Part shown: positions 1 through 11,179 of the stretch, piece by piece
Numbering within the stretch: the first letter of the stretch is position 1
Layout: every line of letters begins with the position of its first letter
Source of the DNA: Ancylonema sp.
Lineage: Eukaryota
DNA: 60,081 nucleotides
NCBI GenBank assembly: GCA_050230475.1
Contig: JBFLGF010000199.1
Coordinates: 1 to 60,081 of the forward strand
Reading direction: 5' to 3'
The notes under the pieces: generated by a model
The model's input: only the letters and a program-made list of their open reading frames with translations
Told to the model about the DNA's origin: nothing
The model's database searches: none
Position numbers and translations under genes: made by a program

Positions 1-61
1 AGGAGCGCTAGGTTAGGGAACTCGCTAAGGAGCCCTAGGGACTATAGCGAGGGTCCCAACA
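1..61 (-). mobile_element. Terminal fragment of an LTR related to the 49069-49450 LTR, abutting a hAT transposase remnant
   Basis: 11-61 ggttagggaactcgcta...tagcgagggtcccaaca aligns with 49401-49450 ggttagggcactctcta...tagagagagtcctaaca and ends in AACA. The rest lies outside the window. Confidence 0.5.
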
Positions 62-864
62 TGCTTCGTGTGGACAACGTGTTCACAAACTGGCTCAACG
101 TCTCCGAAATTCTAAATCATCTCTACATCCTGTTCTTCGACGAGGAGCCTATTGCCTCGAACGCTGCCTGCATCCGCTACATCGAGGGCATAGAAGAATC
201 TTTCACGGAAGGTATGTGGCACAATCACGGGTTAACATGGTAGCGAATTGAAATGGCAGCATGAATCCTATACTTGCCTAACTTGTATCGATTCTTCATT
301 TGTGCTGCAACCATATCCGAGTTTGCTGGCGATACCCGAAACCTGACCGGTTGTGGCGGCTGCTGGTCCAACTTCCGAAGACCGCCGAGCTCGCAAAACT
401 CGCGATACGGTTATTTCAAATCGAGGTGAATGCGTGTGCGATGAGCGCTACTTTCCTTAGTCCGGAATCACGCATACCAAGTTGCGAAACCAGCTACAAC
501 ACGAAAGGGTTGCGAAAATGGTTTAAGCGAAGTCAGGTCTCCCGGGTCTGCTTCATCCACCCGTTCCATACAAGGAGAAGGAACTATATTGATACATGTG
601 AGAGAGGTTTGCGTCGACCTCCTTCCGGTGACTCCAGTAAATTGTGAACGACCCGAGGACAACGACGTGACAAAACCTGAGTTAGTTAGAGACCAAGCCG
701 ATATTAACGTGGTGTTGGATAAATGGTTCGGCGAGCTCGCTTTAGAAGACAATATGCGCACGGAGATTGAAGGGTCACGTGGGCTAGTCATGAAAGGGCG
801 GTTGGCGCCTATTTTTGGTTCCGATCTACCCGTTGTTGATAAGGCGACCATCGACGTTATATAG
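62..864 (+). pseudogene. Degenerate hAT-family transposase, C-terminal dimerisation region
   Basis: Across a frameshift near 441 the sequence reads ELAKLAIRLFQIEVNACA/ERYFP*SGITHTKLRNQLQHERVAKMV*. This matches the hAT dimerisation pattern ERxFS...HTKxRNxL...VxKxV, with in-frame stops. Confidence 0.7.
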
Positions 865-1027
865 ACCCATGAATTGTAATTGTAAAGTTACTCTAGCTTT
901 TAGATGTAGGATTCCCCAATGATAGGTATTTATGGTGACGTAATTTGGAGTAGAGTTGATGCATGATCGGGAGGAAGGTGTGTTGAAATGAGAAGGACGA
1001 TTCCATTATTTTTATACTTATATTCGG

Positions 1028-1469
1028 TGTAGGAATTATATCGGATAGCCATGCTTGCTAGTGTGCTAGTCCGGTTTACCGGATAGCGTAACCGGTAGGA
1101 TTCCTAGGGTGTGCATATATTGAGGGGCCGGACTTATGTCCGGGCACCCGAATATGACGTTTCTATTGTGCCGTTTGTGGCACGTGTGGTCTAGATGGTT
1201 CCGGATCTAGACGTTATGTCTTGTCAATGTGCCGTTGACATGATTTGACTGTTGTTGTATTATGATAGGCCGACTGTCCGCAGATACGACCGTCGGCACA
1301 CTGTAAGATTCTTGTTTTGGACGAGGCATCGTGGTATACCTACACGATGCCGACCATCAATAATAATTCTTCCAACACAATACTTGTCATTGATCATCTT
1401 TTAGAGACGAAATTCCTTGTACGGAAAGAACCACACGATCTCGCACACCTATCACGTATCAACGCTAAA
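1028..1469 (+). mobile_element. Solo LTR related to the copia LTRs at 51051 and 57215
   Basis: Starts TGTAGG and shares collinear blocks with 51051-51506 (ggatagccat, gtgctagtcc, cgggcacc, atgtgccgttgacatg, atgataggccgac, gaccgtcggcac, ttgatcatc). Flanked by the direct repeat ATTCGG at 1022-1027 and 1470-1475. Confidence 0.75.
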
Positions 1470-2209
1470 ATTCGGAACTTGCATATAGATATTAATAGCA
1501 AAACTTGTGTTACCAATGTGTTTGGGATTTCAATAATTTATTTTATGTTTGTTGTATTGGAAAATTATCTTCACTTGAACCTTATTTCGAGAGGTGTCTC
1601 GCTTTCGCAATAAAGGCTAATAGTTTATGGATCCATGTGAATCCCAATTGAACAACGATATACGTACTAGTCATGATTACGAAGTAACGATCGTCGTTGT
1701 TATCGTCATAGCATTTCCGCTTTCAAGGTATGCATGGTCACCTCGACTATCCATAAGTATACGTGAGGAGGATTACTTTAAATGACCTAAAAAGGTTTGA
1801 TGGTAGCTCCACTATCATATTTTCAATGGCGATGATGTATGGGTTTTTGTTATCTCCAATTACTATTCTACACCAAATGAATACTCATTCCATGTCAATG
1901 TAAACTACAGTGGTGTCTCGACCCATGCCGAAAATACTTTTTTTTTTTTTTGGGATGTTTGATGTCAGCAATCCGTTCGTCGGTATGTCGATAAATGTCA
2001 TGATAAAAAAACACGCTAAATCTTCATTATTTGTAATTTTTAACTCGACATTGTGATCAACGTTAATTTTTCACCCAAAACTGATGTATCTCATGAATTA
2101 TTTACATTTTTAAGGTTTGCCCTTAGTTATATTTTTAACCTTATTAATTAGCGGCGGGATTCTGAGGGCCTAAAAACGCAACCCTAGTCACACCAACATT
2201 GTCGTTATA

Positions 2210-3036
2210 CAGTGCTCCCTCGATATAACGACATTTCCCCCCCCAAAAAGTGTCGTTATATCGAGGTGTCGTTATACAGTGTATAACGACATTTACTTAC
2301 AAAATCTGAAATCTCTATCCTTGTATCGAGGGACTTTGCGAATGAAGCAAAGTGAATAAGCAACAGTGTTTATTATGTGTTTCCTAGAGTAAGTTGCCTT
2401 AGCATGATTATCCAATTCATCGTGTGTGTTGATATACGAGCTACACAAGTGCGTCATGATACCAATACATGCGGATGGAGAAAATATACCACAAAACTTT
2501 ACGAGGAGAGTTGGGGAGGTATTAAGGTTGTTACAAAGCAACACCGGACACGCACATTCTGTTGGACATGGAGTAAATGTATTGGACGGTTGGAACAATG
2601 AACAACATGGACAATTTTTAATAACTAGTAACGTTAACATTGAATGAGTGTAACTTCTGAGTGCTTCGCAACCTAGGAGGAACTACTACTACACATACAG
2701 GAGCTTAGTTTTGGACCATCCGAGGAGGACAAAGGCGGCGTTCTCTTGATATGACATATGGAACAACTCGAACACGTTGTAGAGAATTTGAGGTGTCCTT
2801 CATGAGGTTTCTAAAATTTTCTCGATTTCCATACATCGTTATCTGCGAGCAATAGCGTTATATTCACAATATAAGGACATTCAGTACCAAATTTATGAAA
2901 TAATTTGTCATTATATAGAGTGTCGTTATGCATATATCGAGGGCGATTTCATATTGATCTTTAAAAAGTTCAAAAAAAACTGTCGTTATATCGAAGTTGT
3001 CGTTATAAAGAGGGTCGTTATATCGAGGGAACACTC
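2210..3036. mobile_element. Non-autonomous Tc1/mariner (pogo/Tigger-like) element
   Basis: TA + CAGTGCTCCCTCGATATAACGAC ... GTCGTTATATCGAGGGAACACTC + TA, with subterminal gtcgttata repeats. Confidence 0.75.
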
Positions 3037-3313
3037 TACCGAGGATCGTTCTATAGAGGGACGACTACACCAGCACGTGGTTGAACCTGTGAGCCGGCTG
3101 TCGCCGCCGGTCCTGGCCGGTGCACGTGGCAGACCCCTAATCATTGGCGTATCGCAGACTAGCCGACCCAGGCGTGGGCGCGTACTCAGCGAGCGGACTG
3201 CCTTCTAGTACGGATTTTTATGACGGAGTGAGGAGCTGTGCTGAGGATGAAGAGCAGGAATCGTCAAGTGAAACTGGCTGGAACCGAAAACGACGCCGTA
3301 GTACGTACGTGGT

Positions 3314-3481
3314 ATGAAGTACCGTGCGATGGACCCACTTGCGAAGACCGTTGTCCATAAGTATCTGCTAGCGGCAAGCGAAGGGATCGTGCTCCGAGGA
3401 TTTGTTGCTGCTGGCGGGGGTATTTCCAGTGCTGACAGCCTGACTGGCGCATGTCACAATGTCGGTTGCATTCCCTCAAAG
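3314..3481 (+). pseudogene. Diverged copy of dihydrolipoyl dehydrogenase exon 1 (transit peptide plus NVGCIPSK) with an in-frame internal deletion; putative first exon of a chimeric gene
   Basis: [56 protein letters not shown]|gt aligns with LPD exon 1 [43 protein letters not shown][35 aa][16 protein letters not shown]|gt, with the same phase-0 donor. The 5'UTR also resembles that of LPD (gaggatgaagagcaggaa vs gaggacgaagggaggaa; acgacgccgtag vs acaacgccggag). Confidence 0.85.
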
Positions 3482-3804
3482 GTACGGACTGTTTCAACAC
3501 CTTGTTTGATATGATGCTCACAATTTGTATGTCGAACTAAAGTTGGATGTCATCCGGATACTATCTGGACAATGAGGAATATATGTATGTACAATGGCTA
3601 CCTCGCTGCAACAGTATGAGGAGAAGAGAAGTCCTGGAGTCCTGTACTCCTGGCCTCCTCCTCATTTCTCTTTAGAAGGCTGCGGTGAGTTTGAAGTGGG
3701 ATGTGTATAGCAGGTACGTCGGTCTCAGCCTTAATATCCTTTTGCAAATCACCGAATTCTCAGCATTCTCCTGCATACTGACAAGAAAGAAACCCGGGAT
3801 ACAG

Positions 3805-6800
3805 ATGTCTCTGGGCCCTTCACCGCTGCAAGTGCGAGCAATCGGCATGGGACAACGAATGTCGGGATCAAATAATGTGAGCTCGTACTTTTATCAATCC
3901 TTTCTCATTCCAATATTGAACAGGTCATGAGATTCCTTGTCTGCGTTTCGTCTGTAGTCGCTTTGTTACAAACCCACTTCTATTCATCGTTCCGTGTTTG
4001 ATAGTACTGACATAAATGGGGGGGGTGTTGGGAGTGCAGCTGGAGGCGCTGCTGCCTCTATCGGTTCGCAGCAGTCTTCATGGAGGTAAGCTTGATAAGT
4101 GCATCTATGGATTACGATGACGACTCTTCTTCCCTCTTCACACCTGTGGCTCTACCACCCTTGCAGACAGCTCCGTTCCTACCTTCGGAAATTCAACACT
4201 GGGAAGACAATTGAGCACTACTCCTGAAAACCAGGTACTGTACTGGCTAGAAACAATCCCTCACTGGGTTAAGTGATCACGAGGGTCCTAGAGTGGGGGA
4301 CCAAAGTAATTCCAAATATTTGTTTCTGAAGTACTACATCACCACCCGAATTCAGAACTGAAGGCTCTCAAAATTCGGGGCATGACATCAGAGACTGAAC
4401 AGTCCGTCGGCAGCGGTGACAGCTGTCGATATTTAATATCCTCATACCGCAGCTGAAAGTCCCCCTCAAGCAATGTATATAAGGGGCTGTTTTGTTGGGC
4501 TCGGAGTCGACACAGGCTCGCAAGCTGGACAACTTCGACCCCCCATTCTTGAGCTCGGATCCTCTATCAGCTGTAGAGCTGGAACTACAACATGCAGGCA
4601 AGCTAGAGAGTAGGGCTACATCGCTCAACAATCCTGACGCTGATGTGGACCCTGCAACCAGTAGGAGATACCAAAGAAGGCTTTTTCGTAGATATAACTA
4701 GCTGGATGTCCCAACACCTAGTTAAGAAGCAGCACTGTTTTGATGCCCTCAGAGTGCCCTCACATACCCCTTCTTGGTTATGTTGCTGGAGGCAAGCGAA
4801 TATGAGCAGCCATGTCCAGACGCTGACGTCTAATTCTTTCTGCTTTTGTTTTGTTCTCGTGCCAGAGGGGCGTTTGGTATCAACGTCTGAAGGAGTAGAG
4901 CCAAGCTACTCGCAAATTGAGAACTCGTCTTTTCTGCACATGTTTGAGGAGTGGACGCCGCCAAAGAAACGGCAATCTAAGGCAAAAAAGCCAAGGGCGA
5001 AGCGGCGATGAGTGTATGTGCTTCCGTACAGCAAGGGAAGGCTCTTTGCCCGTTTTGAGGATGAGCAGGTTCGGGATGCTGCACCCAAGAGGGTGGCAGT
5101 GGATTAGGAATAAGAATCCACACTTTACGCAAACCTGTCGGCCAAGTGGAATTAGTGCATGACAATGCTGTACAAAAATTATGATGGTGTCAAATTTTAG
5201 GGAGGACTTGTTCAGGGGATGTGGTTATGTCAGGTTCATGTCGAATGCTCGGTATGCATTGTTGACGGAGCGGAACGCGACACTTGTCTCATGGCGGCCT
5301 GCCCACGATTTTAATGTGCAGGCCCTGATAGATGTGATGAGGACTGTACGTGGCGCAGACAACACGTCTAGAAGGTAGGCTGGACACCAGCCCGACTTGC
5401 CTTTGTGAGGTTGTAAAAATCGAACCTCTCTGGGGTTAGATCCATTTGCCCCGTAGAGATGTCCCCTGGCATCCAAAAAACACGAGGCACGGATGGCAAT
5501 AGGACCACCATTGACAATTTAATGGACTACTTGCTAATGGCGAGTACTTCTCTGTGTGTGGGCCCGGCACCTTTTGACGTTTATAATTGTCCCTTGGTCG
5601 CTGCATGAAGCCTGGAAACGTTTGCTTCTTTTCTGACTTGTCAGATTAGATGGTGTGATCCGATCCCACCATGTGGATCCAATTTCTTACGACTCACGAA
5701 TGTCCAACGTGAAACCCTGAAAGGTTCGTGAAGAAATCCTGACTGCCCCGTGATTGCACAGATTAGAGCACAGTGCACCTGTTTGGGACGCCCAAAGCTT
5801 CCGGGTCTCTCTTCTTGATTCCACGGCAGAGAGGACCTGAGGGCCAATGCCCTCCTATGAATGGCTCTCCTCTCCCGATGCCCAATGCCCAATGTATGCA
5901 GAATCTGGTCCTTCCCAATGGAGAGTTTGGAGGACGTTGCAAGCGCCATGGAAAGTATACCCGGCGTGAAGGTCAGTTGCATGTGTGGATGAAGGCAGAG
6001 CAACTCAGGTTCCACTTGTATGGCTGTGGTGCTCTGTGGTGTACTGTGGTGCTCTGTGACTTGAGGGGGCCTGAACCCTTATCGGTATAGACCATCAGAT
6101 AGACCATCAGATACCGATGAGCATATGTACCAATATATGTTTCGGTGAGTGTGGACATCCGCACGTGTGAGGGCGTCCTGTTGCACCCCTATCAAGTGAT
6201 AGAGTTCTGCCCTCGGGGGTCCAGATGGATCTTCCCTTTCCTCTACTCTTGCAAGCACTGGAGAAGACCAACGCCACCATCGATGACTCTGGTACGACAC
6301 CTCTTGTCTGTACCTGCCACGTGTGCATCCTAGCTCAGGCATATGATTATGGTATTGACTTTGGCAGTTTGGGGACACGTTATAGCCGCATCCCCTCGGA
6401 GCTAGAAGAACAGTTGTTGCCCTTTCAGAGGGAAGGGATCAGGTGCGGTACTCTTTACTGTTCGGTCTGCCAATCAGAGTACAGGCCCTTGAGGGTTGGC
6501 GATCGGAGTATTTTTGTGACCGATACATGTTCTTGTTGCCCGACACCATCAAGCTTATGTTTTGTTTGGGGTCGGTTCGGTCTTCAGGTTTGCGCTTCAA
6601 AGGGAATGTCGAGTGTTGATAGCAGACGAAATGGTGAGCAACATAGCCCAGTGTTGCTAGCAAAACCAATCAGATCCACGTTCTACTCTGGATTGTGCCA
6701 TGAGATAGATGAAATAATTTGTGACTCATGTCCAATTTGGCTCCATGCTGGCTGATTTGATCGCAGGGATTGGGCAAAACTATTCAGGTGAGAGCTTCTC

Positions 6801-9800
6801 TCGTCTAGGTGTCCAAATGAAGGCACACTCTGTCATCAAGCAGCCTATCCGATGAGGCCACATGTGCAGTTTTCAATGGTTCCTGCCCCTCTCTGGCCGT
6901 GTGTCCTGTGACAGGCCATCGCCCTTGCTCTGTGCTATCGAGAAGAGTGGCCCGTGCTTGTGGTGTGTCCTTCTTCCCTTCGGTTCCCGTGGGCCATGGC
7001 GAGAAAGCTGGGGGCAGATAGGGTGATGGTGGCCTGGCAGCCGAACCCACACTATGAACACATCCGGGCATGATTGCTTGGAAAAGACTTTTGTTCATGC
7101 ATTTGGACCGATACAGACGCCTCTCCCTTGCAATCTATTGAGTTGCATCTGGGCTCATGACTAATAAGTATGAGGCCAGTCGACTTTAACATGGGGGTGC
7201 TGGCAAATCTGTGGATCTTGGTTACCTTTGGCAGACAATCTTTGAGTTGTTTCTGTTCCTCCGTTGCCGAGACCATTCCTGTATGTAGCGAGAATTTGTG
7301 GTGCGCTTTGGTGTGCAGGCTGTGAAGCAGTGGATGGGACAGGCATTGGACCCCTCCCAGATACTGGTGAGCTGCCACCCCCGCTGGAACAGAACCAGGA
7401 GGGGACGCAGCACACAGGTAAGCGGATGTGCCCTGGGGTTCAGGTAGCAGTGGCAGGCGCTGCCACCAAGTCCGCTGCCTTCCACAAGCACGGATTCGAG
7501 CTGTCCCGCGGACAGACGACCCTGTAGTTGACCGGATGTATGAACATCGTTTCCTACAACCTGCTGCACAAACTGGATCCAGAGGCGCACTTCAAGGTAC
7601 CAAACGAGCTTGCACACCTGTGCCTGTTCTCACCTACTGGCTTTCCCTCTTTCCCTGACCTGAACTCTGGATGTCCCGGGCGCTGTCCCTGGCCCTGGCC
7701 CTGTGTTTTGCAGATGGTGATCGCGGACGAGTCTCATTACATCAAGAACCGGAAGGCCAGGCGGACCCTGTGCTGCCAGCCTATTCTCCAGGTCAACCAG
7801 GGGTCCAGCACCAGTAGACTGCTTGGGGATAGGGGGCAGTAAAAAGTGGCAGAAAAAGTAAAGGTGTCTGCGTCACCCACGGTATCGCTGACGTGGACGT
7901 TCCGTTTGGGGTTTTGCAGAAGGCGCAGAGAGCCATTCTTTTGACGGGAACTCCCGCGCTGTCTCGTCCCATCGAGCTGTTTACACAGGTAGCGCTCCCC
8001 AAAACAGAGATGATCTCCAATTCCAAATCAGAAATGATTTTACACTTTTGCCCCGGCATCTCTCCACAGCTGACGTGGATTCCTGTCCGGGCGGCAGTTG
8101 GCGGCCCTCGAGCCCACCGTTTATGACGACCGCGATGAGTACGGCGGGCGCTACTGCAAGGATCCCAACCAGGTGCGCACAGGGCACACAGGGCACACTA
8201 CCATAGACCCTGAGGGTGGGAAGTCGACAGGCCTCCAGCCCTCGAGCCCGAGGGATGCACGTTATATGCGATGTGTGATGTGCGGTGACTGTACGCTGTG
8301 TCCAATTCTCCTCGTCTGTCTTCTATTTCCTGCGCGAGGGAGTGAAGTTCTGCGCTGCTCTGCTGGTTGCTTGTTTCCTTCCAGGGAGCGTGGTCGTTCT
8401 ACAATGGAGCGTCCAACCAGCTGGAGCTTCATGCCCTGGTGACGGCCACTCTCATGATCCAACGGAGGAAGGCGGACGTGCTCACGCAGCTGCCGCCCAA
8501 GCGCAGGCAGCAGGTCGGTCTCCCCTCCTTCCTCGGACCGACCTCACAGTGAGGAGGTCGAGGAGAAGCTGGCATGGTGCAGCTGGGCCTGGTGCTGGCT
8601 GGTGCCAGTGGGGGGTGGGATGTGTGTGGAAGGTGGGGGATGATGCCGTCCTGGTTGGGGTGACCTCAGGTGATGTTGGAGTTGGGGTAACCTCGGGTGA
8701 TGTTGGAGTTGGGGTGACCTTAGGTGATGTTAGAGTTGGGGGATACGGAGCTGGGGATGGTCAGCCCCTTGGTGGACGAGGTGGGGGCAGGAGGCATCGG
8801 GGTGGGTTGGGTACAACTTCTGAAAGCAGCCGACAGAGGGTGCAAAGGAAGGTCCTTCAGCAGCGGGAAGTCCACGTGGATGCTACGCTGACGTGGAAGT
8901 GGTCGCTGCCGTATCTCCACGTGCAGTTTCACGAACTCCAATGGAAGGCTCGGATGTTCGCCAAGTCCAGGGAGGAGGAGGAGAGGAAGAAGTTGTTCAA
9001 TCAGATTCAGGCCACGCTGTCCAGGGTAAGAAGGGGCCCTCCCAGAAGGGTTCAGGGTTCAGGGTTGGAGAGGGTGGTGTTCAATGGGCCGTGGGGTTGG
9101 AGTGGGAGGAAGCTGGGGCGGGGGTGGGCGTGGTCTCATCATGGATGCGGGGGTGGGAGGGTGGGGTGGAGCAGCTGTACGGAAAGTCGGCGGAAGCGAA
9201 AATAAAAGCGGTCAAGGAGTATGTGGTCACACTACTGGAGGTGAGAAACGAATACCACCTCTCCCCTCATCCATATTCGGATCCCTAGGTGCCCCCCATG
9301 CATTGCTGCGAGTGCCTCAGTTGACCAATAGGCACGGAGTCAAACATGGAGGGGTATCGGAAGAGATGTACGGATCGTGATGGCCACGTGTCCATCAGGA
9401 TTGACAGGGGATGGGCGTGATGACAGCAGGCATCTCATTGGTAGTCGGCTGTGAGAGGCTGAGTGGTGGCTGTTGTGGTTTCCAGGCGGACTGCAAGTTC
9501 CTCATCTTTGCTCACCACAAAGTGATGCTCAACGCGATACAAGAAATCGTGGAGGTGAGTTCCACACCCTCCACCCTCGCAGCCCATTGGAGTACAGCAT
9601 CCTCAGCACCACTGCATGTTCTCGCCAAGTGTTATTTTCTCCTGGAAGAAGAAGACGTGGGACAGAAAGTGAAGCTTTGCTGTGAGTTTTCTTTTGTTAT
9701 TTGCAGAAGCACAATGTGAATATGATCCGGATCGATGGAAACACTTCCATCGGGAAGCGGTTGGACCTCGTGCACTCCTTCCAGACGGACAGCAGCGTAC

Positions 9801-10413
9801 ACGTGGCAGTGCTCGGAATTAAGGCGGCAGGGGTCGGGCTCACGCTCACGGAAGCGAGCACCGTGGTCATGGCAGTGCTGACGTGGACACCTGGCGAGAT
9901 GGTCCAAGCCGAGGACAGGGCGCACCGGATTGGTCAGGTGGATTCGGTGAACGTGTACTATCTGCACGCACCAGGGACAATCGATGACATCATCTGGTGA
10001 GGGGTGGGCGAGAGGGGCCAGGTGGGAAGGAGATGATGAGAAGGAATGTGTTCCAGTGTTCGAGGTTGGATTCTGACGCCTCGTGATGTGGGGGGGGGGG
10101 GGGGACCGTCGGTGCTGTAGGGTTTCGATAAAAAAGAAGCTCCAGAATCTGGGGGCGGTAAGTGCCTTCTGCCCTTTCTTCTGCACCCCCGTGGGTTTCT
10201 TTTCCTCCCCCGGCTCCACTTGACTGCCACCGAGTTTATATTTTATAAACCGCACGGACGAGTGGCTGATCGTGCGTTCGCCACAGGCAGATAAAGGGGG
10301 GCGGGAGAGGGTCGGAAACCACGGTGATGGATGGTGAGGAAGAGGACATGGGAACCGATGTGGCAGACTATATGCGACCGTCCCAATCTGGGGAAGAACC
10401 CGACATAGAATGA
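3805..10413 (+). pseudogene. SMARCAL1/HARP-like SNF2 helicase paralog (copy A), disabled
   Basis: Exons homologous to copy B include 4167-4234, 4453-~4660, ~4866-5068, 5322-5374 (ALIDVMRTVRG), ~5902-5971 (IWSFPMESLE) and 6225-6291. Helicase motifs: [51 protein letters not shown]. Lesions: TAA 4480-4482, TGA 5009-5011, TAG 7525-7527 (Lys in copy B), and a 5-nt deletion removing an acceptor AG near 6377. Both ends are approximate. Confidence 0.85.
8654..8741 (+). repeat. 27-bp tandem repeat (about 3 copies) in an intron of helicase copy A
   Basis: gttggggtgacctcaggtgatgttgga repeated three times with substitutions. Confidence 0.8.
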
Positions 10414-11179
10414 GACCTCGATGAAACCTTGCATGCTTTTTGGTTCTTTTGGCAAACGCCACGTAAAAAGGGATGGGGGGAAAGGGGAAGACATTGTGGA
10501 CATCGAAGCGGAGTTGCACAAATCCCGGACAAGAAATGAATAGGTCCGGGCTCGGAACCGCAGACGGACTTGGAAGTCTCACTTTATTGGTTTCTGGTTG
10601 GTTTTGCAGCAGTATGATTTTGTAGATAACCCGTTAGGCTAGTGAGTGTTTTATGTGTTCTTGTATGCTTCAAGGTTGAGTGTTGCTTATTGAGCATTTA
10701 GAGCTTTATGTCCACCGTGTTCCTTTCTTAACACACCTAAGGTAGGATCCCCTATCACCTCACACCTTTCTGGTAGGTAAGATCAGGGTCTCTGGTCGCA
10801 GGAGTGTCATATTGATCATACGCTATGCCTCTTTCAAGTTCAGAATCCATTCAAGTTGTGGTGATATGGCTTTGCAATGGATACAAAATGGAACCACGAA
10901 TCGGGACATTTTCTGTGGAGGGGGCGAGTGACGAGTGTGGAGTGGTGTGCGTAAGACATTCATGTCATTAGGACCACTCAAATAAGCGACCTTCTTTTTA
11001 AACACGTGTTGTGCATACTAGTACCATGTACCACTGTAGTACACTCCCCCGCATCCCCAATCCGGATCGGAGCTAGATCGGGCCTAGATCGGATGTGCAC
11101 AGTATCGGACATATCCCGATCGGATTAGGCTCGACTAAGGAAAGGGGGGGGGGGGGGGACACACACACCATGTTTTTGT

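Noticed and set aside
4480..7527. Stop-codon reassignment (TAA/TAG read as Gln) to explain the in-frame stops in helicase copy A
   Set aside because: LPD ends at a TAG exactly after the conserved AIHF terminus. Copy A also has a TGA and a deleted splice acceptor, so pseudogenisation is simpler.
8285..10582. ORFs 8285-9205 (+) and 9632-10582 (-) as independent genes
   Set aside because: They run through GC-rich introns and exons of helicase copy A and have no recognisable domain of their own.
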